Assembly: GCA_028717685.1 (NCBI GenBank)
Contig: JAQUNI010000004.1
Location: 8,599-72,598, forward strand
DNA from: Patescibacteria group bacterium
Lineage (GTDB): Bacteria; Patescibacteriota; JAQUNI01
DNA length: 64,000 nucleotides
Direction of reading: 5' to 3'
Position numbers and translations under genes: made by a program. The number at the start of each line of letters is the position of its first letter. Position 1 is the stretch's first letter. The notes beneath the pieces were generated by a model, which made no database searches, had not been told where the DNA came from, and saw nothing but the letters and a program-made list of their open reading frames with translations. This document shows, piece after piece, positions 37,867 to 46,881 of the stretch.

Positions 37867-38307
37867 TTATTTTTTATAAACAACAAAATAAGGCAACTTA
37901 TCTAACCCAATATAATTAAACATCCAAAGTTCTCGGCCTGATTTTTTTATTGTAGTAAATCTTTTTCTCAAATTTACTTTTGGAATGAATGGATAAAATC
38001 TAATTTCTTGGCGTTTACCACCTTGCCCGTTCCATTTGAAATTTACTATTAATGGTGGGGTAATAAATCCTGATTTCAAAACTTTATCAATAATTTCCCA
38101 TCCCGCTCCAAAGATGATGGACTTTGGTTTGCATAGGTTTGTTTTTATTTGAGCGCGAAACGAACAAGCTGTACATTGCACGTCGTACAGAGGGTAGCTC
38201 TCCGGCAATAACATCAATTTTTTCTTACAATTTGGGCAAGATACTAAATTGACAACCTCCTGCTCTCCAAGATTGCCAGCATATTTGTTTCCGTGATTAT
38301 TTTTCAT
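37867..38307 (-). CDS. Small Zn-ribbon protein (about 147 aa), possible nuclease or accessory component of the R-M island
   Basis: 'CPNCKKK...CTAC' ribbon followed by 'DVQ...AQIK'. Immediately downstream of the beta-class methyltransferase. Start chosen at the MKNNHG Met to avoid a 50-nt overlap. Confidence 0.3.
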   Translation of the reverse strand: MKNNHGNKYAGNLGEQEVVNLVSCPNCKKKLMLLPESYPLYDVQCTACSFRAQIKTNLCKPKSIIFGAGWEIIDKVLKSGFITPPLIVNFKWNGQGGKRQEIRFYPFIPKVNLRKRFTTIKKSGRELWMFNYIGLDKLPYFVVYKK

Positions 38308-38311
38308 AATT

Positions 38312-39088
38312 CTATGTAATAGTTTCCATCCTATGTTTAGCCATTTTAGAATACTTGGCATTTTTTTCTATCCCTATCCACTTTCTGCCTAATTTTTTTG
38401 CAACTACAGCTGTGGTGCCGCTACCTAAAAATGGGTCTAAAACCAGATCGCCTTTATTTGAGGACGCAACGATGATCCTTTTTAGCATCTCTTCCGGTTT
38501 CTGTGTTGGGTGTAATGCTCTACCATCCTTTCCATGTAATCTTTCTTTTCCTTGTACTAAAGGCAATGACCAAACATCCCTCATTTGTTTGAGTGCCCCA
38601 TTTTTCTGTGTTTCAGGGTTTATTTTTTTTAATTCGACATAGTTAAAAATCCATTTTTTACCCTTAACCGCCCAAACGACAAATTCTGTTGAGTGAGTAA
38701 AAACTCTTTTTGTCATATTGGGCATCGCGTTTGTTTTTTGCCAAACAATGACATTATTAATTTTGAAATCGAACTGTTTCAGTACAATGATCACCTCTGC
38801 AAGATTGTGGTAGGTGCAAGAAATATAGATTGAGCCATTATCTTTCAATATTTTGTGGCAAGCACCAATCCATTTTTTCGTAAACTGTATATATTCTGGG
38901 GCGGTCATTTTATCCCATTCTTCGTTCACCATATACCAATCACCGCCAGTTTTATTTCCTTCCCATTTAAGACCATTGCCCGAAAGATTGTAGGGCGGAT
39001 CGGCAAAAATCAACTCAACTGACTTTTTATCAATTTTTTCATTCAATATTTTTATGCAATCGTCAGTGTAAATAGTGTTGAGCTTCAT
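38312..39088 (-). CDS. DNA methyltransferase, beta-class (N6-adenine or N4-cytosine)
   Basis: Motif IV 'FADPPYN' precedes motif I 'DPFLGSGTT' (beta permutation). Start [11 protein letters not shown]. Confidence 0.7.
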   Translation of the reverse strand: MKLNTIYTDDCIKILNEKIDKKSVELIFADPPYNLSGNGLKWEGNKTGGDWYMVNEEWDKMTAPEYIQFTKKWIGACHKILKDNGSIYISCTYHNLAEVIIVLKQFDFKINNVIVWQKTNAMPNMTKRVFTHSTEFVVWAVKGKKWIFNYVELKKINPETQKNGALKQMRDVWSLPLVQGKERLHGKDGRALHPTQKPEEMLKRIIVASSNKGDLVLDPFLGSGTTAVVAKKLGRKWIGIEKNAKYSKMAKHRMETIT

Positions 39089-39090
39089 AA

Positions 39091-40923
39091 TTATTGCTTT
39101 GCTAAAATAGATTTTTGCCATTCAGTAATTGTTTCCGGTATTTGCTCAATCCACTTCTCGGAATGAGCAACACGATTCGTTAGACTGAGGATTTGTTCAT
39201 AAAGATTTAATAACTCATCGTGCGTAAATCGTTTTCCTTGTTTTCTGATTTCTAAAAGACTTTCAAGTAGTCTGACAAATTGCGCAATAGAGAGGGGAAC
39301 AATTTTTTGTGCAGTTCCTTTATAGCCGTATTTTATCGCCATCCAAAATGTCTCAACGGTATCTTGATGTAGTCGTGGAGCAATGAATAGGCAATAAGCT
39401 GTCTTGTCGGTATGGGATTCTTCAAAGTCGCGCACATGACGCATAACAGGTTGTCCCTCGTTGTACCACTGTGAACGATTCGTCAGCATTGTAACCTCGC
39501 ATACGGAATTAAACTGTTCATAAAAGCATTCTATATCCGGCTTATTGGCTGGCGCAGTAAAAGTAGGCTCGTTGTCATCTCCAACCGGATAGTTTGGTTT
39601 AATCTCTAGTGCGTCGTTAAGAGCGTTGAGTGCAAGCGTTGAGAGCCTTTCAAGTTCAATACTCTTTTTATTGTCTGACTGATAAATACCCCTAAGTGCG
39701 TTAATATATTCTTGAATTTTAGCGACATCTTGCGATTCAAAATGAGTTTCAAGCTCTTGTAGTTTTCTACGGTAACCTCGCAATTGCTCGATATACTCTT
39801 TTAGTTGATCCTCAATTAAGCTCTCAATCTTTTTAAAATGAAAGGGCGGTGCTGTTATTATTTTTGATTTCAGATCGATTACATATTCTTGCACATCCCG
39901 ACTCAATTTTTCTGCAATTTTTCCTAACTCCGATTTTGTTTCCCACGGCAAAACAGGTTGCTCAATATCGGCAAGATATTCTATGTATTTGTCGGCATTT
40001 TCGTATGCTAGAGGAGCGGCATTATCCGTAGAGAGTAATTTATCAATCTCGATAGACCTTCTTGGTTCCAAATTAACATAAAACCCGCCGCCCCGAATAT
40101 GTAGATATCTGGTTAATCTGAAATATCGAATCGCGTTGTCGCCATAATCCTTAAGGTTGTTAAGAAGTTTTTTAATTTCACTGCCTTTGTTTGTTCTTAA
40201 AAATGTTTTGGAAAAATTATTTCCAAACTTTTTTTTAAATTGCTTTCTTCTCTTGTCGTCTTTTTGTGAACGCAGCCCAACTCGATATTCAATTAGTTTT
40301 TCCGCTTGCTTTTTGATATTTTTGTAATCTATAAGCGTTGGTGCAAATAAAGAGAATTCATCTTTACTTATTCCGATAGGGTTATTTCCTAATTTTACCC
40401 ATCTCTTGTTCACTTCGTTTATAAGATGTAATGCTCCTATAAATGGTTTGATAGCAAATCCGTCATTTTCTGAAAATGTTGTACTTGCTGGGTTAGGAAG
40501 TTGCCATTTCAAAAAGTGTATAAAGAACAATTTACCCAAATCATAATTTTCAGAAAGAAGATATTCGCCTAGTGGGGTAATCTTAACGCCTTCGACTGAA
40601 TTTTTGGCTATACACAAACCCATTTTATTAAGTGGCGCAACAGAATTTCTGCCACGCATTGCCGGATCTTCGTAACCTTGTACATTAAAAATTTCTTTTG
40701 CAACAGAAAATGGCATTTCTGTTTCAATATCATCAAAATATTCTTGTTGTTCTCTGGTTAAATTAGTTGGTTTGTAAAACCTATTTTGAATGAGGAGAAT
40801 TTGGTATTTAATTTGATTCTCTGAATTAAAGGGTTGTCCCTCTAGTTCTTTCAGAACGCGCAAGAAATCCCGTAATCTATCGGGGTTTCTCACTGTTGTT
40901 GATATTGACCAAGGTTTTTTCAT
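39091..40923 (-). CDS. Putative Type IIS restriction endonuclease, AlwI/Nt.BstNBI family
   Basis: 610 aa. N-terminus '[23 protein letters not shown]' follows the W-x-V/I-S...R-x-P-E/D pattern I recall for the Nt.BstNBI/AlwI N-terminal region. Flanked by two methyltransferases in the same orientation. Confidence 0.5.
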   Translation of the reverse strand: MKKPWSISTTVRNPDRLRDFLRVLKELEGQPFNSENQIKYQILLIQNRFYKPTNLTREQQEYFDDIETEMPFSVAKEIFNVQGYEDPAMRGRNSVAPLNKMGLCIAKNSVEGVKITPLGEYLLSENYDLGKLFFIHFLKWQLPNPASTTFSENDGFAIKPFIGALHLINEVNKRWVKLGNNPIGISKDEFSLFAPTLIDYKNIKKQAEKLIEYRVGLRSQKDDKRRKQFKKKFGNNFSKTFLRTNKGSEIKKLLNNLKDYGDNAIRYFRLTRYLHIRGGGFYVNLEPRRSIEIDKLLSTDNAAPLAYENADKYIEYLADIEQPVLPWETKSELGKIAEKLSRDVQEYVIDLKSKIITAPPFHFKKIESLIEDQLKEYIEQLRGYRRKLQELETHFESQDVAKIQEYINALRGIYQSDNKKSIELERLSTLALNALNDALEIKPNYPVGDDNEPTFTAPANKPDIECFYEQFNSVCEVTMLTNRSQWYNEGQPVMRHVRDFEESHTDKTAYCLFIAPRLHQDTVETFWMAIKYGYKGTAQKIVPLSIAQFVRLLESLLEIRKQGKRFTHDELLNLYEQILSLTNRVAHSEKWIEQIPETITEWQKSILAKQ

Positions 40924-40928
40924 AATTG

Positions 40929-42743
40929 TTATTTTATTACTTTACAATAAAAGATTCGTTCTGTGTGTCCATCAGTATCGCTTTTGCCTGTTGTAAATGC
41001 TTTATAATCCCTTTCAAAAATATCAACATTGCCACGAGTTTTTAATATATTTATAATTCGCTTATCACTAATGCGAGCATTTGATCTTCCGTCCTTAGAT
41101 TCGCCGGTGTTATTATAAGAAACCAAAATATGTTTACAGTTTGCGTTCGAAATTAAATCAGCAAATGCCCTCGATGCTGACTGTAGACAGTAATCACTTT
41201 TAATATGTGACCTATCCATCTTTTTTGCTTTGCCATACACTGATGGTTTTTCCCAAGTAGCAAGGTTTTCTAGAAGGTGATAGGCGTCAGAATACTGGCG
41301 AGAATTATAAGGTGGATCAATATATAAAACGTCACACCTTATTTTTTTGATAAGCTGATTTGCGTCTTTTTTATATATTTCATTATTTGAGTTATTTTCT
41401 GGCTCAAAATCCGGAACCAAAAGACGTAGTGGTTGGATTGTGTCTAGTTTTTTTCTGTATGCATCATAGTGGCCAACTGTATTTGCCACCTTATCAACTG
41501 CGTATAGTAATGTAGTAATCAAAACAGCTCTCTCATTATCGCTTTTTGCAATCTCGTCAATTTTTTCTCTGACAGCGCCGATTTTGCGAGCGTTCTCTAA
41601 GGTGAAAAAGGTATTGCCGAAATGTTCAGAAAAATAATTGTCATTGTGCACTTCTAAGTTATTGAGCAGCTCTATTTTCTTTTCTATTTCCTTAAAATCA
41701 ATTTTCGAAGTTCCCAAAAAAGATTTTAATGGTAGATAATTACTTACTAAAAAGTCGTTGGCAATAACTTTTATATCTTTTTCATTAAATCGTTCACCAA
41801 CAACACCAGTACCCGCAAAAATATCACAGAACACACCGAAGCCGTTGCATTTTTCGTTGACAATATCCTCAATAAGACCGAGCAGTTTATATTTATTTCC
41901 TAAAAATCTTCTATTTTGCAGCTGGAAACGCCCCGACTTAATTCTACTTTCAGGGTAAAAATATACCTTATGTATTTTTTTTATTTCTGGGGTATAAGTT
42001 GGTTGTGCAGTTTCTAATAGATCGAAAAGGGAATTTTGTACACCATCAGAAATATAATGCGTTACTTTACTATCCGAGCTTTGTATTTCAGAAAAAAAAC
42101 TGTGAGTGTCATTTTCACTAACAATAATAAAATCAATAACATTCACACCCATTATTTTACCTGCTTCGAGAATTTTATTCACGACTTCCATATCTTGTTT
42201 ACTGGGGGTAACATCTCCTGATGGGTGATTATGTAACAAAATGATCCCAGCCGCTCGTAACTCGACGGCGGGGCCAAAAATTTCTCGTGGATGAATAATG
42301 CTTTTATCTAATATACCGATAGATATAATTTCTTTTTTCAGTAGCGCATTTCTTGCGTTGAGATATAGACATACCAAATACTCTTTTTTCTTGTCTCGTA
42401 TGTCGGAAGTTAAAGAAATCGCATCTTGGGCGGATAAAACAATGTTATCTTTTGGTTCCAATTCTTCATAAAATCTTTTTATTAACGCCAGAGCAGAAAC
42501 AATTTGTAGGGCTTTTGCCTCTCCAATTCCAGAAATTTTCAAAAGATCATCAACTATTATGTCTAAAAATTTATTTCCGAATTTTCTGATTATCTGTTCG
42601 GAAAGTTGTTTAACATTTTTTCCCTTAATTCCGCTTCCAATAAGAATAGCCAAAAGCTCGCTTTTAGAAAGAGCATCTGGACCTTTTTCTAAAAACCTTT
42701 CGCGTGGCCTATTAATTTTTGGAATGTCTTTAAGCTTTCCCAT
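40929..42743 (-). CDS. Fusion protein: RadC-like JAB/MPN domain (N-terminal) plus Dam-like alpha-class N6-adenine DNA methyltransferase (C-terminal)
   Basis: RadC N-terminal HhH 'ELLAILIGSGIKG' and JAB motif 'IILLHNHPSGD'. Then Dam-family motifs 'FLGNKYKLL', 'FCDIFAGTG', 'VLYIDPPYN'. Confidence 0.7.
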   Translation of the reverse strand: MGKLKDIPKINRPRERFLEKGPDALSKSELLAILIGSGIKGKNVKQLSEQIIRKFGNKFLDIIVDDLLKISGIGEAKALQIVSALALIKRFYEELEPKDNIVLSAQDAISLTSDIRDKKKEYLVCLYLNARNALLKKEIISIGILDKSIIHPREIFGPAVELRAAGIILLHNHPSGDVTPSKQDMEVVNKILEAGKIMGVNVIDFIIVSENDTHSFFSEIQSSDSKVTHYISDGVQNSLFDLLETAQPTYTPEIKKIHKVYFYPESRIKSGRFQLQNRRFLGNKYKLLGLIEDIVNEKCNGFGVFCDIFAGTGVVGERFNEKDIKVIANDFLVSNYLPLKSFLGTSKIDFKEIEKKIELLNNLEVHNDNYFSEHFGNTFFTLENARKIGAVREKIDEIAKSDNERAVLITTLLYAVDKVANTVGHYDAYRKKLDTIQPLRLLVPDFEPENNSNNEIYKKDANQLIKKIRCDVLYIDPPYNSRQYSDAYHLLENLATWEKPSVYGKAKKMDRSHIKSDYCLQSASRAFADLISNANCKHILVSYNNTGESKDGRSNARISDKRIINILKTRGNVDIFERDYKAFTTGKSDTDGHTERIFYCKVIK

Positions 42744-42769
42744 TTTTATTTCATTAAACCATCCCTCAA

Positions 42770-42915
42770 GCCCTGTAGTGAGACTTCAGTCCCGAGGAAC
42801 ATTCAGTCCCGAGGGATTCTCTACTACGGGGCAAGAGCCCTCCTACGCTCTTTGGGCTACGGAGTATTTTTCTCCCACCCCCTCCATCTCCCCCTCGGGC
42901 AGGGGGAGTGTAATT
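42770..42915. repeat. MITE family A copy with a tandem ttcagtcccgagg duplication in the left arm
   Basis: ccctgtagtgagacttcagtcccgaggaacattcagtcccgaggg...ctcccaccccctccatctccccctcgggcagggggagtgtaattc. Confidence 0.6.
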
Positions 42916-43118
42916 CATCTTATAATTTCGGCACTTCGTCCCTTCTTCGTCGCTTCGCTCCTTAAGAGTTCCTCAGTGTCTTTAATTTTCATCTAACTAT
43001 ATAGTAGGTGGTCAAAGATAATACCCTTCTACTTCGCTACGCTCAGTATCAGGGACTTCTTCTTTTTTATATAGAGCCGGAGGCACTGATGAGCCTCCGT
43101 CTCAAAGGAGGCGAAGAA

Positions 43119-43132
43119 GTGCTGGGGAGGCA
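43119..43132. repeat. 14-nt exact direct repeat of the tRNA-Gln 3' end (att-like site)
   Basis: gctggggaggcagg is identical to 43505-43518, i.e. tRNA positions 61-74 in reverse complement. Brackets the GIY-YIG gene. Confidence 0.55.
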
Positions 43133-43177
43133 GGTGTCCTTCGCCTGCGGCTTCGGAGCACCTAATTACCTCCAAAA

Positions 43178-43438
43178 CTATTCCTTCTTCAAGGCTTCGG
43201 GAATAAGTCTTTTATATGTAAATGCTTTACCTGAACCAGTTTTTAAATATTTTTCAAACAACTTTGCCTTTTTAATTGTTGAAAATCCACAATACCAAAC
43301 AAGTTGCCAAGGAATAAAAGGTTTAGTTGATTTAGATAAGCCTTGGTTGTGTTCAGTATATCTTTTTTTGAGATTGTTTGTATAGCCAAAATAAAGCTTT
43401 TTTGATTTTAGACTATAAAGAATATAGCAATAATACAT
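43178..43438 (-). CDS. GIY-YIG nuclease domain protein (YhbQ/UPF0213-like)
   Basis: 'YYCYILYS...LYFGYTNNLKKRYTEHN' GIY-YIG motifs, 86 aa. Confidence 0.7.
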   Translation of the reverse strand: MYYCYILYSLKSKKLYFGYTNNLKKRYTEHNQGLSKSTKPFIPWQLVWYCGFSTIKKAKLFEKYLKTGSGKAFTYKRLIPEALKKE

Positions 43439-43502
43439 ATTTGCCTCTTATTAAACTTTATCAGATTTGAGGCGTAAGCCATTCCGAAGCCTTGGCGAAG
43501 GA

Positions 43503-43576
43503 TGGCTGGGGAGGCAGGATTCGGACCTGCGATGATAGGTTCAGAGCCTATTGCCTTACCGCTTGGCTACTCCCCA
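43503..43576 (-). tRNA. tRNA-Gln (anticodon CUG), CCA encoded
   Basis: UGGGGAG acceptor pairs with CUCCCCA. D-loop AGCGGUAA. Anticodon loop CUCUGAA. T-arm GCAGG-UCCGAAU-CCUGC. G73-CCA. Architecture matches E. coli tRNA-Gln. Confidence 0.85.
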
Positions 43577-43866
43577 ATGAAAAGTTAAATCTCAAAAGTA
43601 AAAAGTTAAAAGTAAAAAATATAATTTTAAAATTTTACGGAATAAGGAAATTGTGAATCATGAATTTCATTTTCTTCACTGCAAATTATACCAAATTTTT
43701 GCCTTAAAGTAAAGATTTCCCGAGCTGTTTTAGGGAATAAAATAGCCCTCTGGCGATTAAGAGGGCTTTACCCACTTTAGAGTTGGAATTTTAAGATTAT
43801 CTCTTTAATTAAACCCCTCTCTAATTTCCCCTTGTCAGGGGAGAGGTTTGATTCTCCATTTAAAGG

Positions 43867-44784
43867 TTATCTTTTTAAATATTTGCTTACGGCGATGGCG
43901 CTGGAGAGGACGCCTAATAGAACCCCTACCAGAATTTGCATAGCGACAATTTGTAAAAGGTGGCTCGTGAAATATTGGGTTAGATTGATACCATACCCTT
44001 GGAAATAAGCTTCAATTTTAGGAGAGGTCATTCGCGTCACGGGATAGAGAATCACGAGAGAAATAAAGGCGGCAATCAATCCATACAAAATCCCTTCAAC
44101 AATCATCGGCCAGCGCACATACCAATTGGTAGCGCCAACGATTTTCATAATTTCAATTTCTTGACTGCGCGAGTAAATAGACAGACGAATCGTGTTAAAC
44201 ATAACCAGAATGGCAATCCCCACGAAAACGCCGCTTACGATAATTCCTATTTTCGCTAACGAACCGGCTGTCGCCGTGAGGCGATTGATCATTGTTTGGT
44301 TGTCTTTGTAGTTGACTTTACGGATAAATTCCTGATAGCGCTCTTGTTCCAGCCTTTTGGCAATCTCCGGGTAGTCTTGAGGATCGTTAGCCTTAATAAT
44401 AAAAACAGCTTCCAGGGGATTATCTTTAAAATCTTTGAGAATTTCAGCGATCATGCGGTCATTTTGGTGTTTCTGGCGAAAATTTTCCAAGGCTTGCTCC
44501 GAAGAAATGTATTCCACGCTTTTTACGCCGTCAATCTCCGCGATGCTTTGCTTGAGAAGATCTGTTTTTTCCGCGTCGGGATTATTCTTTAAATAGATGG
44601 TAACGTCGATTTTTTCCTTGATATTTTGAATCGCCACATTGCCCATCAGATTTAAAATAAAAAGGATGCTAAAAGAGAGCAGGGTCAGTACCATTACCAA
44701 AGTAGTGGCGACGGATAGCCAAATATTTCGCCAGAAGTTCAAGACACCCATCTTAAAAATGCGAGATAAAGAATAAAGAGGCAC
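43867..44784 (-). CDS. ftsX: Cell-division ABC transporter permease FtsX
   Basis: 305 aa. N-terminal TM, a periplasmic domain, then 3 C-terminal TM segments. Directly downstream of ftsE. Confidence 0.8.
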   Translation of the reverse strand: MPLYSLSRIFKMGVLNFWRNIWLSVATTLVMVLTLLSFSILFILNLMGNVAIQNIKEKIDVTIYLKNNPDAEKTDLLKQSIAEIDGVKSVEYISSEQALENFRQKHQNDRMIAEILKDFKDNPLEAVFIIKANDPQDYPEIAKRLEQERYQEFIRKVNYKDNQTMINRLTATAGSLAKIGIIVSGVFVGIAILVMFNTIRLSIYSRSQEIEIMKIVGATNWYVRWPMIVEGILYGLIAAFISLVILYPVTRMTSPKIEAYFQGYGINLTQYFTSHLLQIVAMQILVGVLLGVLSSAIAVSKYLKR

Positions 44785-44883
44785 AATAATAAAATTAAAA
44801 ATTAAAAGTTCAAAATTAAAAATTGCAATTTAAAATTCAAAATTGAGGAATTGAATAATTTTAAAATTTTGCATTGTCATTTT

Positions 44884-44928
44884 ACCCGCCCGCCTCGCCT
44901 GAAGCGAAGCGATGGCGGGTAGGCATTT
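44884..44928. repeat. Partial MITE module (CCGCCCGCCTCGCCTGAAGCGAAGCGATGGCGGG) embedded in an AT-rich tract
   Basis: The same 35-nt module as in the 33.27 kb and 46.99 kb copies. Confidence 0.55.
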
Positions 44929-44947
44929 TGCATTTTACATTTTACAC

Positions 44948-45628
44948 TTATATCACGTACTGTCCGTGCTCCTGATCGCGGATTACGGCTCCTTTTTCCA
45001 GAGTAATCACCCTTTTATTTAAGGCATTGACCACTTCTTTGTCATGGCTCGCGAGAACGACAGTTGTTCCCAATTCGTTGATTTTTAAGAGTAATTTAAT
45101 AATATCCCAAGTCGCGAAGGTGTCCAAGTTGCCTGTCGGCTCGTCGGCAATCAAAAGCTCCGGTTCGTGAATCAGGGCGCGGGCGATCGCGATCCTTTGC
45201 TGTTCGCCGCCGGAAAGCTGGACTGGAAAACGGTCGGTTTTATCTTTTAAGCCCACAATATCCAGCATCTGCGGCACGCATTCATTAATTTCTTCTCTGG
45301 GGGTGCCCGAAACCTCCATCGCGAAAGCAAGATTCTCCGCGGCGGTTTTTTTGGGGAGGAGGCGGTAATTTTGAAAAACCACGCCGACATTACGGCGAAA
45401 GCGCGGCAGTTCGCGGTCTTTTAATTCGTTGACGCGCCACTCACCAACGACAATACTGCCCTCGCTTGGTTTTTCCTCTCCAATCATGAGCTTAATCAGA
45501 GTGGACTTGCCGGCGCCCGAAGCGCCAACCACGGAAACGAACTCCCCTTTTTTAATAAAAAGATTAACATGGTCCAAAGCCACTGTATCATGGTTGTAGA
45601 TTTTGGTAACGTTTTTGAAGTCGATCAT
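44948..45628 (-). CDS. ftsE: Cell-division ATP-binding protein FtsE
   Basis: Walker A 'GASGAGKST', ABC signature 'LSGGEQQR', Walker B 'LIADEPTGNLD'. Confidence 0.85.
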   Translation of the reverse strand: MIDFKNVTKIYNHDTVALDHVNLFIKKGEFVSVVGASGAGKSTLIKLMIGEEKPSEGSIVVGEWRVNELKDRELPRFRRNVGVVFQNYRLLPKKTAAENLAFAMEVSGTPREEINECVPQMLDIVGLKDKTDRFPVQLSGGEQQRIAIARALIHEPELLIADEPTGNLDTFATWDIIKLLLKINELGTTVVLASHDKEVVNALNKRVITLEKGAVIRDQEHGQYVI

Positions 45629-45648
45629 AGTTTGGAAGCAGGAATGAT

Positions 45649-45717
45649 GAATTACGATGACTATTCTCCCTCCCCCTCCACCTCCCCCTCGGGCAGGGGG
45701 AGTGAGTTTCCTAATTC
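45649..45717. repeat. Compact MITE family A copy (69 bp) occupying the prfB-ftsE spacer
   Basis: gaattacgatgactattctccctccccctccacctccccctcgggcagggggagtgagtttcctaattc. Its right end overlaps the prfB TAG stop. Confidence 0.65.
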
Positions 45718-46809
45718 ACGATTCGGCTCTTCAGCGCCATTTGAATAAAATTATCAATTTCACCATCCAAAACTTTGTCGGTATTTTTTACTTCATATTT
45801 GGTGCGGTGATCTTTAACCATTTTATAGGGATGAAGCACATAAGAACGGATTTGATTGCCCCAAGCGGCAGAAATATGTTCGCCGCGCGCTTCCAGAGTT
45901 TCTTTGTCCTTTTGTTCGCCGTAAAGCTTTTCCAGCTTCCCCCTTAAAATTTTCAGCGCCGTTTCTTTGTTTTGCAGCTGCGAACGTTCGTTTTGGCACT
46001 GCACTACCAAGCCAGTAGGCAGATGTTTAATTCTTATCGCGGAGCTCGTTTTATTGACCGATTGACCGCCGGCGCCGGCGGAACGAAAGGTTTCTATTTT
46101 TAATTCTTCATCTTGAATTTTAACATCTTTGGCTGATATTTCGGGTAAAACTTCAACCAAAGCAAAGGAAGTATGGCGCGCTTTATCCGCGTCAAAAGGA
46201 GAAAGCCGCACTAAACGGTGGACGCCGGCTTCGTTTTTTAAATAACCATAAGCGTAGTGCCCCATTGCTTCCAGGGTGACGCTTTTAATCCCCGCTTCGC
46301 CTCCTTCGGATTTATCCAAAATTTTGGCTCGCCAACCTTTCCTTTCAGAGTAGCGCAAATACATCCTTAAGAGCATTTCTGCCCAGTCTTGCGCGTCTAC
46401 GCCGCCCGCTCCCGCGTAAATAGACAAAATCGCGTTGCCAGCATCATATTTGCCAGCCAAAAGAGTTTTAAGTTTCAAAGCGTCTAAATGTTTATCGCAT
46501 TTTTTATACTTTTGCGCGAATTCTGTCGCGAGTTCTTTGTCATTTTCTTCTGCCAAGAGTTCGGCTAAAGTCTCTAATTTTCCCAAATATTTTTTAATTT
46601 CCTCCCATTCCTTGAATTTTTCTTTCTGCTGCGTCAGCTTCTGGATTGTCCTTTGTGCCTCTTCTTTATTTTGCCAGAAGCCAGATGCGGCGACTTCTTT
46701 TTCTAAATTTTTGATTCTTCTCTCTAACTTCTGTATTTCAAAGCCGGTCCGCTATCTCGCGGCTTTTATTTTCTAAAATAGCTATTTTTTCATTGCGCGT
46801 TTCGTTCAT
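45711..46809 (-). CDS. prfB: Peptide chain release factor 2 with programmed +1 ribosomal frameshift
   Basis: Frame 0 (46809..46741) gives MNETRNEKIAILENKSREIADRL and ends in CTT-TGA. The +1 frame from 46739 continues EIQKLERRIKNLEKE...SPF...GGQ to 45711. SPF and GGQ motifs mark RF2. Confidence 0.85.
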
Positions 46810-46881
46810 AATATTAGATATTATAACATAATTTTTTGCCTGCGCGCCAGCCCTTTTTTATGGAGTGATCTTTAGACCTTA

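Noticed and set aside
43081-43135. Hammerhead ribozyme candidate (CUGAUGA - GCCUCC/GGAGGC stem - GAA)
   Set aside because: Position 15.1 would be G (not A) and the predicted cleavage-site nucleotide 17 would be G, both incompatible with active hammerheads. CUGAUGA is expected several times by chance in 64 kb.
43008-43385. ORF 43008..43385(+) 125 aa
   Set aside because: It overlaps the GIY-YIG gene on the opposite strand and runs through palindromic repeat sequence. The GIY-YIG reading has clear family motifs.
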